Assembly: GCA_964035545.1 (NCBI GenBank)
Contig: OZ037766.1
Location: 2,232,001-2,296,000, forward strand
Source: Bugula neritina
Lineage: Eukaryota; Animalia; Bryozoa
Direction: 5' to 3'
DNA length: 64,000 nucleotides
Within the stretch, counting starts at the first letter, position 1, and each line of letters starts with the position of its first letter. This document shows positions 24,992 to 37,348 of the stretch, piece by piece. Both the position numbers and the translations under genes were made by a program. Under the pieces are notes generated by a model. It had not been told where the DNA came from and ran no database searches. It was given only the letters and a program-made list of their open reading frames with translations.

Positions 24992-26706
24992 CAGCAGCTG
25001 ATGAAAGCATACATTCACAACTATTTAGCTTCGTACTTCTCAGAAAATTTTACTAGAAGAAAATTACTTGCAATGTATTTTCTTATGTAATAAAGCTTGA
25101 TAATAAAAGAGATCAATGTATAGTTGATTTTATAGCAGCTAGAACTTTTCTTATACAATAAACGCGTACTTTTTTAACTAAATACCTAATTCGGTACTAT
25201 GAAAACTACATACAATACTTCATTTTTGGGATAACTATAATATATGCAGTATTTTATTATTGAGAGACTTTTGAAACTTATACTAATTATTTCTATGATT
25301 TTATTTGAAAGCAATGCATATGATGCATTGAGCCAAAACAGCAATTCTTTTGCTATAACAAGATTTTAATATTCGCTTTTAGGAATTAGTATTTAAGAAC
25401 GTCATGACGTATTCCTTGCTTAATCTTTATGTCTATTTTTAATAGGTAGCTTTTAAATGAAGTAGAATTTTAAATAATATTTATTAAATTTAGTATTTAG
25501 TCAAACTGAAAAATATAAAATAATTTTACAGCTATAAGCTCCCTTAACAACTACATTAAGTCAAAATGTGAATGAAAAAAGCAAGAGTTTATACGTGAGC
25601 AAAACGTTATCAATATTAACTCAAGTGTTGAAGAGTTGTCTCTACATGAACAGAATATATTGATGACGTATTACTCTACGTAGGCTATTATTAGATGTCA
25701 CAACTCTTCAAGGAAACAGGCTGAGTATGATATGAGTCGGGCATTTTGATTGGCTAATGATCCAGCTGTTTAAGTTGCATATAATAATATTACAAAGAGT
25801 GAAAGATAAAAATAACAATTGCGTCACAACAGATAAAATTATCATATTGGGTTGAGTTTCATTAGTTGTGCAACAATTTATCAGAGATTTATAAAAACTT
25901 TACGTTTTTTGCAAAATATTTTAAAGTGATATGATTGGTCTATCAACGGGAAACTACATTGTTATTATTATCATAAGTTAGCTATATACTTGCTATTCAC
26001 AGTATATATAAGCTATTATAAACACGTGTGAATACATACATAGGACATCAGGTTGATCTTATCACTACTACCAGCACACTGTCAAATTGACTCCTATTAT
26101 ACGTCCGTGACTTGAGCAAGCTAACTCAGGTAATCATAGCTTTGTTATTTTTTCGTTTTACTGTTTGTTTGCTGTAATGTGGGGTATTTTTAGGCACCAA
26201 AAAGCAGCTACAATAAATATATGTACTTTGTAGGATGCAGCAATTTAGTTTTTGATTTGTCAATATTTTGTAAACTGAGTAACGTTTTCAGCTGTGAAAC
26301 TTGTAATAATAATAATTTTTGACTATTTAGCACTCTAGAATCACGTGCCAATATTGTGCATTATCTAATAATATATCTATTTGTCTTTATATACTACTAT
26401 AAGCATTTTATAGTATCACTGAATTGGTGTGATGTTTGATGTGTAGTATAATATGATATTAAAAGCGCAAATATTATAAATATACAGCATTATCATCTTA
26501 TTCAGAGTATATTATAATATTATAGAGAAACTTTGAATGTATTTCTAGTTAGACATTCATTAGATAAAAGCATTAATAGAATTAATAGAAATGTTTCAAC
26601 ACTTAGGTCTAATATAGCTATTATAAATGTACAAAATTTAGTTTATTCAGAAGGCAGCACATTATAGAGTGTATTTATTATACTGGTTCTATATTATAGC
26701 TATAAT

Positions 26707-26892
26707 ATGAAGATTGCGAACTTTCCTATGCTGCAAATGGTTGCCATACTGCTGCTGTCACTGATAGCGTTTGCTGCCGCTGGACTCAGACCATGTTACA
26801 CTGATGACGACTGTGACCCCCCTATGGATGTGTGCAGAGAAATTTCGTTTGGAGGTGGTTTCGTGAAGGTGTGCCAGTATAGCGATGAGTAA
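26707..26892 (+). CDS. Secreted Cys-rich peptide P2 (61 aa; CYTDDDC-x6-C-x12-C)
   Basis: Hydrophobic signal ending AFAAA/G; 4 Cys; TATA ~26003, UTR exon donor at 26129, acceptor at 26699, AATAAA 27022. Confidence 0.88.
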   Translation: MKIANFPMLQMVAILLLSLIAFAAAGLRPCYTDDDCDPPMDVCREISFGGGFVKVCQYSDE

Positions 26893-27083
26893 ACTTGTCT
26901 TCAACCCCAGAAACCATCATATCCTAAAACAGTGTTTTTAAAGCCAATTAGTATAAATTTTGATTGCAAATGCAAAACATCTTGTCATAATATCTAGCTT
27001 TTAAAGTTTACAGAAATATTCAATAAAATTGACTAGTAAAGTTACTGCTGCATTTGATCTATGGATCTTTTATAGGTTACCTT

Positions 27084-27294
27084 TCACGCAAGTTTATAGT
27101 CGCCATCCCTGTGAGAAACCCCTGATAGAAAGGGTTTTTGTTAAAGCGGGCCAAGGGCTTATTTAAATGAAGCACAGGAGCAATTATGACTGGATGCTCT
27201 TCCTAACATCACTAATGGCCTTTGTCAGGGCTCGAACCCATAACCTTCGTGTTTACTAGGCAAACGATCTAACCCCTAGACCACAGCTGCTTCC
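27084..27294 (-). mobile_element. tRNA-derived SINE, copy 2
   Basis: Full-length match to copies 3 and 4; degenerate flanking direct repeat (cttttataggtta / cttatataagtta). Confidence 0.9.
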
Positions 27295-29432
27295 TCTTAT
27301 ATAAGTTAACGCACGGCATGAATTATACCCTGTAGATTTGTAAGGCAATGCCGTTATCTCATGCTATATATAGTAGGTATGTATACATAACAAATAAATG
27401 CGTGCAACAGTGGCACAACAGGATATCCAGGAAGCCTTTGACATCATCAATATGATAAATATAGTTGTAAGCGACCAGTGCATAAATATGTTCAACCAAC
27501 CGTGGCATATTATGCCACATATAGCGTGGATTACTAATATAAGTGTATAGAAATTACCATGATTCCATGTCCAGCAGTTTACTCTGAATCCTAAAGTCTA
27601 AACATTGTACTAATGCATAGAAGACTATATTGAAACTATTCAAGGAAAAAGCAAAATGCACATCGGTTTAATTTTGACAACAGTTTTGTATCTGCTTATA
27701 TGACTTCATGCAGCTCAATGCCATTTTTAATCTTGTTTGTGTAAAAGTCATCTAACTTTTCTAGAAAAATTATATTATATTTGGACCACATAACATGCAG
27801 CTTAGCCAATACAATTAATGAACATTACATATTAAACTGATTAATTTGAGTTAGAACCGAACTCAATACAGTAATGTAACTAGTGGCAGTGGCTGAAATT
27901 GTCCATCTGGATTGCTCTCAAATGCTTCAATACTTAATGTCAAGCTACCTATAATAATACCAGCATTCAAGCTGTTAGCATATAATATATAGCATTATAT
28001 GGTTTATAAATTGCTGATTAGTGGTAATTGGTTCCATTTAATGTCTAAACAAAAGAAAGAGTGTTATAAGGAGACATATTTGATAACTTTTATCATGTGT
28101 TGGCTGATAAACATTATTTTACTAGAATATCTTTTATCATTTAGATCTGTGCATAACAAAACAACTAGTAGCAACTATAAGCATACATTAATTTAACATA
28201 TTATTTAACTCCTATTCTTCAGCAAAATGCTTTCATAAAAAGTAAGGCATGTGGCTAAATACATATTGTTTTGTTTCTAATGTTGAGTGTCTGAGTGTAT
28301 GTCAGCTCTACTCTACTATATATATATTTGATTTGTATTTACAGTAGTTTGGTTCTTAAACTGGATTTCAGCTTAAAATTTGATGATTAAGACTTATTTC
28401 TGATCTTGAATCTGTATTAGAAGTTCATTATCTGTTCCAATGCTTGCTTGCTTCAGGCTGTAAGCAATTTGTAGTAATCTACTTCACCGTGTATAGTAAA
28501 TATAGTTTCAGTGCTGAAATTAGTACAAACTTTTAGTTAAATTTAAGGGGCACTGCTGTTAGTAGCTGCATAGAACATTGTGTAAAGCATGATTATAAAA
28601 GTAAAAGCTGTTTTTGCAAAATCACCAACTAATTTTATTGTTTGAAAATAAAATAGCTAACTGCAATGAAGGCAAAAACTTAACAAAATAATTTTCAACA
28701 ACATATAGGCATCAACATTATATAAATTGATTATCAAAAGAAATGCCTTTATGTCGTAAATTCTGCATCCGTCATACCATTATTGCGAGTTGAGCGTCGA
28801 ATCGCTGTAACAAATGGCAAGATAAATTGATTAAAAATATTGCACAAAATGAAAACTAAGAAATAATTTACCAGAAGTACCAATAATCTTTACCAATTTG
28901 CTATGATGTAAAGTTAACTAGAAACATGTAAAACAAAGCATAATATGTTAACATGTATAATGACCTTGAACATTATAACTACTATAACTGCATATAATAG
29001 ATGTTGCAAACATCTGGTATGTTTTCTAACAATTTTAGAAAAAAAATTTTAATGGCTCTGCATTAACTTTGTTATAGAAACTGCCTTTTTTACTATATAT
29101 ATAAAGGCTGTGTTTCACAGTACAGATAATTTAGAAAGTTCAAGTGATTGAACTTTCTACAATCTTCTGTCTGAAAGTTATATTGACTGCATGACCAACT
29201 GTCTCACTCTATATAAACTTATATATTCCATGTCAGAGAAAAACAACAACATTTAAGAAGTTGTTCCCTCTTTTTATTTATAAAGTTTTTGTTAAATTTC
29301 ACAAAATAAATGCGTAGGTTTTTATATATTTGCGATATCTTTGTTGTTGAACACATGTTATTATTGTTTTCAAAGATTTCATGTAAACATGAAGCAAGCA
29401 AAGCAGGGAAACTTATACAACTCTTACATAAC

Positions 29433-29639
29433 TCACCAATTAATGGTTTTTGATGGCAGACAAAAACTTAAAATTTTCCCATCTCGTATGCCTGGGGCTA
29501 GTTGACACGTCCACCAATCAGTGCAGTCCTCATCTGACACACAAGGTCTCAGGGTAAGGGAAACTGAGTTGTGTGCCAGCAACAAAATTGATGCAATTAA
29601 AAGGAGCAACAATGAGGAAAAATAATTTGAAATATTCAT
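29433..29639 (-). CDS. Secreted Cys-rich peptide P3 (68 aa; LRPCVSDEDC-x5-C-x14-C)
   Basis: Signal peptide plus the family Cys frame; duplicate of P4; putative 5'-UTR intron (acceptor 29678, donor 30016). Confidence 0.88.
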   Translation of the reverse strand: MNISNYFSSLLLLLIASILLLAHNSVSLTLRPCVSDEDCTDWWTCQLAPGIRDGKILSFCLPSKTINW

Positions 29640-31342
29640 GTTTATTGTTGCAATGTTTTCCTTAATAAGTATTCACACTATAAAAGCTTAGAATAAAATG
29701 CAGTAACACTTACAAGGTACAAAATAGGTGAAGCATATATAATTATAACTTATCTCTAACTCTTAGGAAGTAACATATGGCAAAGTTTGACGTCATGTGA
29801 TTATTATACTTAAGGATTGGTTAAAATATATACATCAAACCAATAATACAACAGCTTTTATAACATGAGGCAACAAAAATTATTATAGTTGTTTTTTTGA
29901 GCAGTTTTAAAAATATAAAACTTAGAGTTGTCTACTCAAAACATCATTTTAATTTATAGTTTTATTATTGTAATAAACTCATGAAGGGAGTGAAGATTCT
30001 GGCATACATAACTTACAGAAACTATTATTGATACCACATTACTTGCTATAGGTAGTGTATAGTTTTGTTTTACAACAGGTGAGTAAGTCCCCCACGGAAC
30101 AATTATTGTCTACCCTCATTTAGTATAAGATTAGATAGAGTAAACATGCATGCTTTACTCAGTGTCTACTTATACAGGTGATTCGGGAAAATTATTGCTT
30201 TAAGCTAATACGGTTGGATAAGCTATGACAGAGAATAGCAGTAGCATAATAACTATCATATACTGCACAGACTATAGTTATTTACTACAAAGCTTATTTC
30301 TGATCTTAACTCTACGCGAGAAGTTCATTATCTGTTATAATACTTGCTTTAGGCTGTAAAAAATTTAGTAGTCTACTTCGCTGTGATTAGTCAATAAAGT
30401 TTCAGTGCTGAAATTAGTACAACATTTCATTTAAATTTAATTGACACTACTGTTAGCAGCTGGAAAATTGTGTGTATAGCATGATCATAAAAGTAAAAGC
30501 TGTTTTTGCAAAATCGCCAACTAATTTTATTGTGTGAAAATAGAATAGCTAACTGAAAGCAAAAACTTAACTAAATATTTTTCAACAATATATGGGCATC
30601 AACTTTATATAAATTTATCAAAAGAAATACCTTTATGTCGTAAATTCTGCATCCGTCATATCATTATGTTCAATTCTAGCGCCAAGCTGTAACAAATGGT
30701 AAGATAAATTGACTAAAAGTATTGCAGAAAATAAAAAAGACAAAATAATTAGCCATTATTATAGGTGCCGATAATGTTTAGCAAATTGCTACGCTGCATG
30801 TAGCTTCTTCATTGGTTAACTAGACGCATGAGAAACAAAGCATATTAACATATATACTGATGTAATGCCCTTGAACAAGATTCACTATATGCATATATTA
30901 GATATTGCAAATATTTGGTATGCTTTCAAATAATTTTAGAAAAGAAATTTGATCGGCATTAACTTTGTTGAAGAAATTGCCTTTTCTACTATATATAAAG
31001 CATGTGCATTACAATACAAATAATTTAGAAAGTTCAAGTGATTGAACTTTCCAACCTTCTTCTGCTTGAAAGTTATATTGACTAACTAACTGTCTCACTC
31101 CCTGCATAAACTTATATATATTTAGTGTCACAGGAAACAACAACATTCAGGAAGTTGTACCTTGTTTTTATTTAGGAAGTTTTTGTTGAATTTCACAAAA
31201 TATATTCGGATTCCTTCGTAGGTTTTCATTTGATTTCGATAATTTTGTTTTTGAACACATGTTATTATTTTTCTCAAAGATTTCATGTAAACACGAAGCA
31301 AGCAAAGCAGGGAGACCTATACAACTCTTATATAACTCACCA

Positions 31343-31537
31343 TTAAGAGCTTTTTGGTGGCAGACAAACAGTGATGGAACTCCAATCCTCTCTGCCTGGG
31401 ATTGGTTGACACGTCCACCTATCAGAGCAGTCCTCGTCTGACGCACAAGGTCTCAGGGAAACTGAGCTGTGTGCCAGCAACAAAATTGATGCAAATAAAA
31501 TGAGCAACAATGAGGAAAAATGATTTGACATATTCAT
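31343..31537 (-). CDS. Secreted Cys-rich peptide P4 (64 aa; LRPCASDEDC-x5-C-x14-C)
   Basis: As P3; the same candidate UTR splice sites are conserved (acceptor 31576, donor 31942). Confidence 0.88.
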   Translation of the reverse strand: MNMSNHFSSLLLILFASILLLAHSSVSLRPCASDEDCSDRWTCQPIPGREDWSSITVCLPPKSS

Positions 31538-33361
31538 ATCTATTGTTGCAATGTTTTCCTTAATAAGTATTCACACTATAAAAGTTTGTAAGAATTAATA
31601 CAGTAACACTTACAAGATACAAAATAGGTGAAGCATATATAATTATAACGTATCTCTCTAATTCTTGGGAAGTAACATATGGCAAAGTGTGTCGCCATGT
31701 GATTATTATACTTAAGGATTGGTTAAAATATATACATGAAACAAATAATACAACAGCTTTTATAACATGAGGCAACAAAAATTATTATAGTTGTTTTTTA
31801 AACTGTCTTAAAAATATAAGACATTAGAGTTGTCTACTCAGAACACCAGTTAAATCTATAATGTTGTATTAAAGTGGGCAAAGGGAGTATTAGCACATTA
31901 GGTAAAATATTTATTATGTACATTCTGATATATGTAACTTACGGAAATGGATATTGACACCACCTTACTTGTTAGGTAGTGCAGTTTTGTTTTACCACGG
32001 GTGAGTAAATCTTAGTAGCCTATAGCTATTATAGGATTAAATAGAGTAAACATGCATGTTTTACTCAGTGTCTAACTGATATAGGTGATTTGAGAAAATT
32101 TATTGCTTTAAGCTAATACAGTTGGATAAGCTATGACAGAGTTAACAGCAGTAGCATAATAAATATTATACCGCATGGTATATAACTACTTACTACAATA
32201 AATCCAGCTATATATAACATATGACTCTAGCCTGCGAATGGAAATAGCATATATATTTGATAGATTAAAAGTTGCTGCGTTTCATAAACCGCTGGTGTAT
32301 TTAGCTACTATAAGTAGTAATATCTGTGTTAAATCATCAATTAGGTGAGCCTACTTAAAAACAATGTTTAGACAGAGGAGATAACTCTATAGGGATATGC
32401 AGCTACAGCATCAAGGAAATTGTAACTGGTGGTTAAAAACTATATAAGAGATGCAATAATTTCAGGGAATTTTTGACCATTTGGCACTCCATATAATATA
32501 GAACCAGGAAAGTGCAGGTGGAGCATGCATATACTTTTATACAGTGAAAATGCATAATTTTTAATGCTATTGCACCACATGCCATTTTCTAAGGTAATAT
32601 TTAAGACAAAATATGCATTTATTTAACTGAATATGTGCTCTGGTAAAACTAGCTCTGTTCTATTTTGACGTTGCCAGCAGTGCGTCAAGCCTGAAATAAT
32701 AAACAAATATATCTAGTGAGTGAAGAGCAGCGCAATATAATAACTAATTTCACTATTTCATTTGCACTGTATAGAACGCTAAGACTTACCGGCTAATAAA
32801 ATAATTCTTTAATATTAAATTTCTGCATTGCTGCAAATTTTTAGCTGCATGAATCATAAGTTTTTTTGTTTGCTGTATTAATTACTAATAGCCAATAATA
32901 TTTCAACACGCACTGTGTATAAAGACTTTTAACTAGTTTATGTACTCATGCACTGTATTATTTTTGACGAAATTTCAAAATTTTCGAAGATATTGAGACC
33001 AACTGGCTGAATAAAAATTAGTTGAGTACGTTTCAAATTAGCTTACAGTTTTCATTCATTTTTAAACATAAGCATGGCCCAGGATTTCTACCCATAGTTG
33101 TGATAGAGCAGATACAATAATTTATGATTACGTAAAGCCATCACAACTCTCACCCTAACAATACTCTAGGAGTCTCAAGGATATTAAAGCTTCAGCTTGG
33201 ACAGAGATCTACTTTGATGAGCTGATAGAAATACACCCCAGCACAGCCTAACTTGTAAAAACATAAGTGAGAATTATGGGATGTTCTAGTTGTAGAGAGC
33301 TCGCCATGGCTATACATGCCCTAATGCAGCTCTACAGCATTACAGTATTGTTCAGCATAGC

Positions 33362-33830
33362 AAAGGGTTGAGTTCAATTACATGTGAATGTAATTAATTA
33401 CAATTACATGGGCATGTGTCAATTGCGATTACAATTATAATTACAGTTAAAAAGTAATGTAATTATTTATAATCACAATTACAAGGAAATATAATTAATT
33501 ACAATTGCAATTGGTTTGTTTTCATAAGGGATAAATAGAAGTTATGCAATACCACTTCTATAGGGTTCAACTACCAGGGGCAATTCTGACAGTGGTGAAC
33601 CACCTTTGTTATCAACAGCGATAGCATACCACATTCATCTAATTTAAATTTGTTATTTAACAGTAGGCATAGCAGGAAAAGTAAAGTTTTTAAAAGATTT
33701 CAAAGTTTGAAGTAATTGCCATGTAATTATAAAGTAATTGCAAAAATCAATTACATTAAATAAGTAATTAGTTACAATTACAATCAAATTGTTATACATC
33801 AATTACAAATTACATTCAATTACTTGAAAA
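33362..33830. mobile_element. CAATTAC/GTAATT-rich MITE-like repeat
   Basis: Many direct and inverted caattac/gtaatt units at both ends, typical of subterminal repeats of non-autonomous DNA elements. Confidence 0.45.
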
Positions 33831-34649
33831 AATGGAGATGCATGACACGTATCATAAATATATGACACGTGTACTTGTGATATATGCTGGCATCACCCAG
33901 CTAACTGTGGCAGCAGTAGAATTAAATAAAAATAAATAAGAATGATATCTTGCATGTAGAAAAGTTAAAGCATCATTTAAGCATCAAAATGTTTACTGGA
34001 AGTCATAAGTCAATCTTCAAATCTTTAATTGCTATCTTGAATTAAAAATAAAAAATATAAATATTCAAGTTATGCCAAATTTCCAATCTGTTTTACGTGC
34101 CATTTTATATTTGTAGTTTCATGTACAAGAGCTGTTGCCAGAAACACAATTTGAACTTTTGCATGAACATGTTATTTTGCGTGAGTGCAAACAAGTACCT
34201 AGATAAAACATTTGCAAAAGACCTGGTAGCTAGTAGACTACTGTTATAAGAAGTCATATTTGAAGTCAGTAAAATGCTGGCTTTGCACTGATATCTAATA
34301 ACAAATGCGGGTATAGGTGTGCTCCACCCTAGCCCCTCCCTGTTCTTGCATGCTGGCACCCTCACCAATAATAATGACTCATTACATACCCACCAGTCTT
34401 AGTACGTGAAAGAAATCTCAGCTGTCAGCTTGCTGATCAAAAGCACTTGAAACCTTTTGATTAGTGCTGCCACTACTACAATTTAGTCAATCAGCCTGTA
34501 TGGTGATTAATACTTGTTATTCAAAACTTATCCAAGTACAGTGATAGTCCAATTGAATTTCTCATTATCGTCCCAGAGCTCGTAAAATTTTATCCTATAA
34601 ATTATTTTGGAAAGTGGAGTTGAATAATTTTTTAAATCTGATTCTCTAA

Positions 34650-34735
34650 CCCCTTCTCTTAGTACCCCTCTCCCTTTCTCTCTTAGTACCCCTCTCCCTT
34701 TCTCTCTTAGTACCCCTCTCTTTCTCTTCGTACCC
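34650..34735. repeat. 24-bp minisatellite (cttagtacccctctccctttctct) x~3
   Basis: Direct reading. Confidence 0.85.
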
Positions 34736-35858
34736 ATTTTATTCTCTTAATGGGTACCCCATCCTCTTTCTCTCAAGGTACCTCTCTATTTCTCTCGGTG
34801 CTCATGAATTTTGGCTTCAGTTAAGATAGACGACTTCCAGTCTATATAGACCAGCATCAATATGTTCCACTGAGACGACCCCCAACTGATAAGTGTAACT
34901 ATATAATGATCATCTGCAGTGGCCCGAAGTCATTTTGTCCTACTTATAGCTTTTTTCAACAAGAATCATAGCCTAAAATATGTGAACTAAAATTTCACAG
35001 CAAACTCGGTACAATATAGAGCTTTCTTTATAGATATACTTATATAATATATTTATACATAATTCAACTGCCATCCAGAATTATTATTCAGGTGAAATAA
35101 TCCTATATGCTAGCATTAAAAGTCAAGTCAAGACTGCAAATATGTTATTACATGCTCCCTCTGTACATTATTAAGGTCTGAGTATATATTATATACTATA
35201 CATGCATACCATAACTATATAAAGCTAACATAAATAGAAACTTGTTTTACTAAACCTTTCTCAATTTCTACTATCAGTATATTAAATAGCCATGCGTATA
35301 ATGATTATGTTATTACTATACCTATAAAATATGCTAATTTTACTTGATGTATACATTTTCCTGAAGCTGAACAGATCTGACCATATTATCAGATGCAAAA
35401 TGGTATAGCTATAGCATATGTACTATAATATTGACAGCAAATTGTTTTGTTTTACTGTTAACAAGTTAACATACTAGTTACCATGCAGCGTTTAATTTTA
35501 GCCTATAACCAATGTTTAGCAGTAAAACAGTAGAGCATGCAGTATGAGAAAATACTACTCTATTATAGTATAATATATAATGTTCCAAGTATATTATAAT
35601 GTGAAGTATGAGGTAATTGCTTTTCAAACCACAAGCATCACACAAATGCCCCAGGCGCACATGTATTAAAATATAATTTTCAAAGGAGATGCTGTACATA
35701 TAATAAATATTGCATATAACAGTAAATTAGTATGGCACTTAAGGTGGGAGTAATTAAAAATGTAACTTCCAATTTAGGTATCGATATTTTTAAATTCAAC
35801 TTTCAATAAAGATGCTGTACATAATATATATTGCTTAGCAGTAAATTAGTATGACAAT

Positions 35859-35945
35859 TAGTGGGCGTGACTTATAAATCCTGTATATAAGAGCTGCTGC
35901 TTTACCTTCAAATAGAAAGCACAAAAACTGAAACTACATGTAAGT
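35859..35945 (+). promoter_or_regulatory. Core promoter and non-coding exon 1 of peptide P5
   Basis: tagtgggcgtg, TATATAA at ~35884, exon ending aaactgaaactacat|GTAAGT; homologous to the P1 promoter. Confidence 0.65.
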
Positions 35946-36523
35946 AAAAGTTTAAATTACATATTATATTTTATTTTAGATATATTATTATACATATTAT
36001 TATTTAATATATTGCTGTAGGTATTGGTCTGTTTTTGAGCTTAATTATTTAAAATTTTGTACTATAACATTAAATTAATTAATTAATCAAGGTATATTAT
36101 TTTAACTTGAATAAAATACTAATTTCCATGATTCTTATAATACTTCATTGTTTTAATTACAAGCAGCATGATACTGGTACTGGCTGCCGTTCAATAGAAA
36201 TAAAAAATCGGATGTACAAGAAGAATAGAATTAATAACAAAACATAGCAAAGTGCACAAAAATATGTACATAATTACTGTTTATATATTTACTAGATAAT
36301 TTAATATATACTAACCTGTGACATTTGTATATAATATAATAGGAAGACAGGATTTCATATAAACTGCATAATTTGCACAACATATCTTAAAAATAAGTTT
36401 TGATTGCATTTTTAGCTAATGATTATTAGACGAAAACATTGTTGAAAGTTATACACAAAATATATCTTATGCTAAAATATGGCAAGTGTTGTTTGTTTAT
36501 TAATGATTTTGTTTTTAGCTAAA

Positions 36524-36721
36524 ATGAAGATTGCAAACTTTCATCTCTTACTGCAGAAGGTTGTCGTGCTGCTGTTGTGTCTGACAGCAGCTAGCTTTTC
36601 TGCTTCAGGTTACTGTAAATCAGATGCTGACTGCCCCCCTCAGAGACCTAAATGCGTACAAACTCCACGATTTTTTTTTCCTTATCGGAAATTTAGTGTG
36701 TGCAGTAATCCCGGTTATTAG
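36524..36721 (+). CDS. Secreted cationic Cys-rich peptide P5 (65 aa; CKSDADC-x6-C-x15-C)
   Basis: Likely start MKIANF (same as P2) at 36524, 5 nt after acceptor gtttttag; signal peptide; 4 mature Cys; AATAAA 36824. Confidence 0.88.
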   Translation: MKIANFHLLLQKVVVLLLCLTAASFSASGYCKSDADCPPQRPKCVQTPRFFFPYRKFSVCSNPGY

Positions 36722-37275
36722 CATGCGGAACATGTATTCGACAACTCAACTTGGGATTAACCTATAACACTTCCTATAACGCCTTTAAGTAGAAGGAAAA
36801 ATTATTGTGGATATTCCGTTCAAAATAAAAAAATATATTGTTTGTCTTTACTTGAATACAATCGACTAGTTACGTTGTACAACAATATAGATTTGCAGTA
36901 AAACTTTGCTTTTATCTTTCTGAACTAAAAAAAACTTATAAAGCAACGTTTTTGTATATTATTAATTCACAATATACATCAACATAAAATTTCAAGTCAA
37001 GATTTTACAATATGATCTAAAAAGACATTAAAGGTTGACACATATTTAATCAAATAAATAGCCTGTCTTATATAGCTAATACATAGCATTAAATTCAATC
37101 AGCCATAATACATACGTATATAGCACAAATATTTATTATATTAATAGGTCCTTAAAGTATTTTTAGGAGGCATTCTTCAAATGAAGTTAAATAAACTTTG
37201 TAATAAGAATCATAGTTTTATAAGAGCATGTTTTGCACAAAATATTTAATAACTCTCAAAAAACTAATTTGCAGG

Positions 37276-37348
37276 TGGGTGTGGCTAATATGCATGTGGG
37301 TGTGGCTAATATGCATGTGGGTGTGGCTAACATGCATGTGGGTGTGGT
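37276..37348. repeat. 21-bp minisatellite (gtgggtgtggctaatatgcat) x3.5
   Basis: Direct reading. Confidence 0.9.

Larger units (their letters stand above)
28393..32198. repeat. ~1.9-kb tandem duplication (28393-30290 / 30293-32198), each unit carrying one peptide gene
   Basis: Both units start cttatttctgatctt...gaagttcattatctgtt and stay colinear to ...ttactacaa. Confidence 0.92.

Noticed and set aside
29219-31778. ORFs 29219-, 31168-, 31259+ and 31560-
   Set aside because: UTR, intron or shadow frames of P3/P4; not preserved as intact ORFs in both duplicates.
32300-33115. Possible seventh peptide pseudogene on the minus strand (16-bp match to the P2 acceptor at 32492-32507; 12-bp match to P6 exon 1 near 33105)
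   Set aside because: Matches this short are expected by chance in AT-rich DNA; no signal peptide or Cys frame is recoverable.
36479-36523. N-terminal extensions of ORF-track calls 36479 and 39719
   Set aside because: They lie upstream of splice acceptors; paralogue comparison favours starts at 36524 and 39773.
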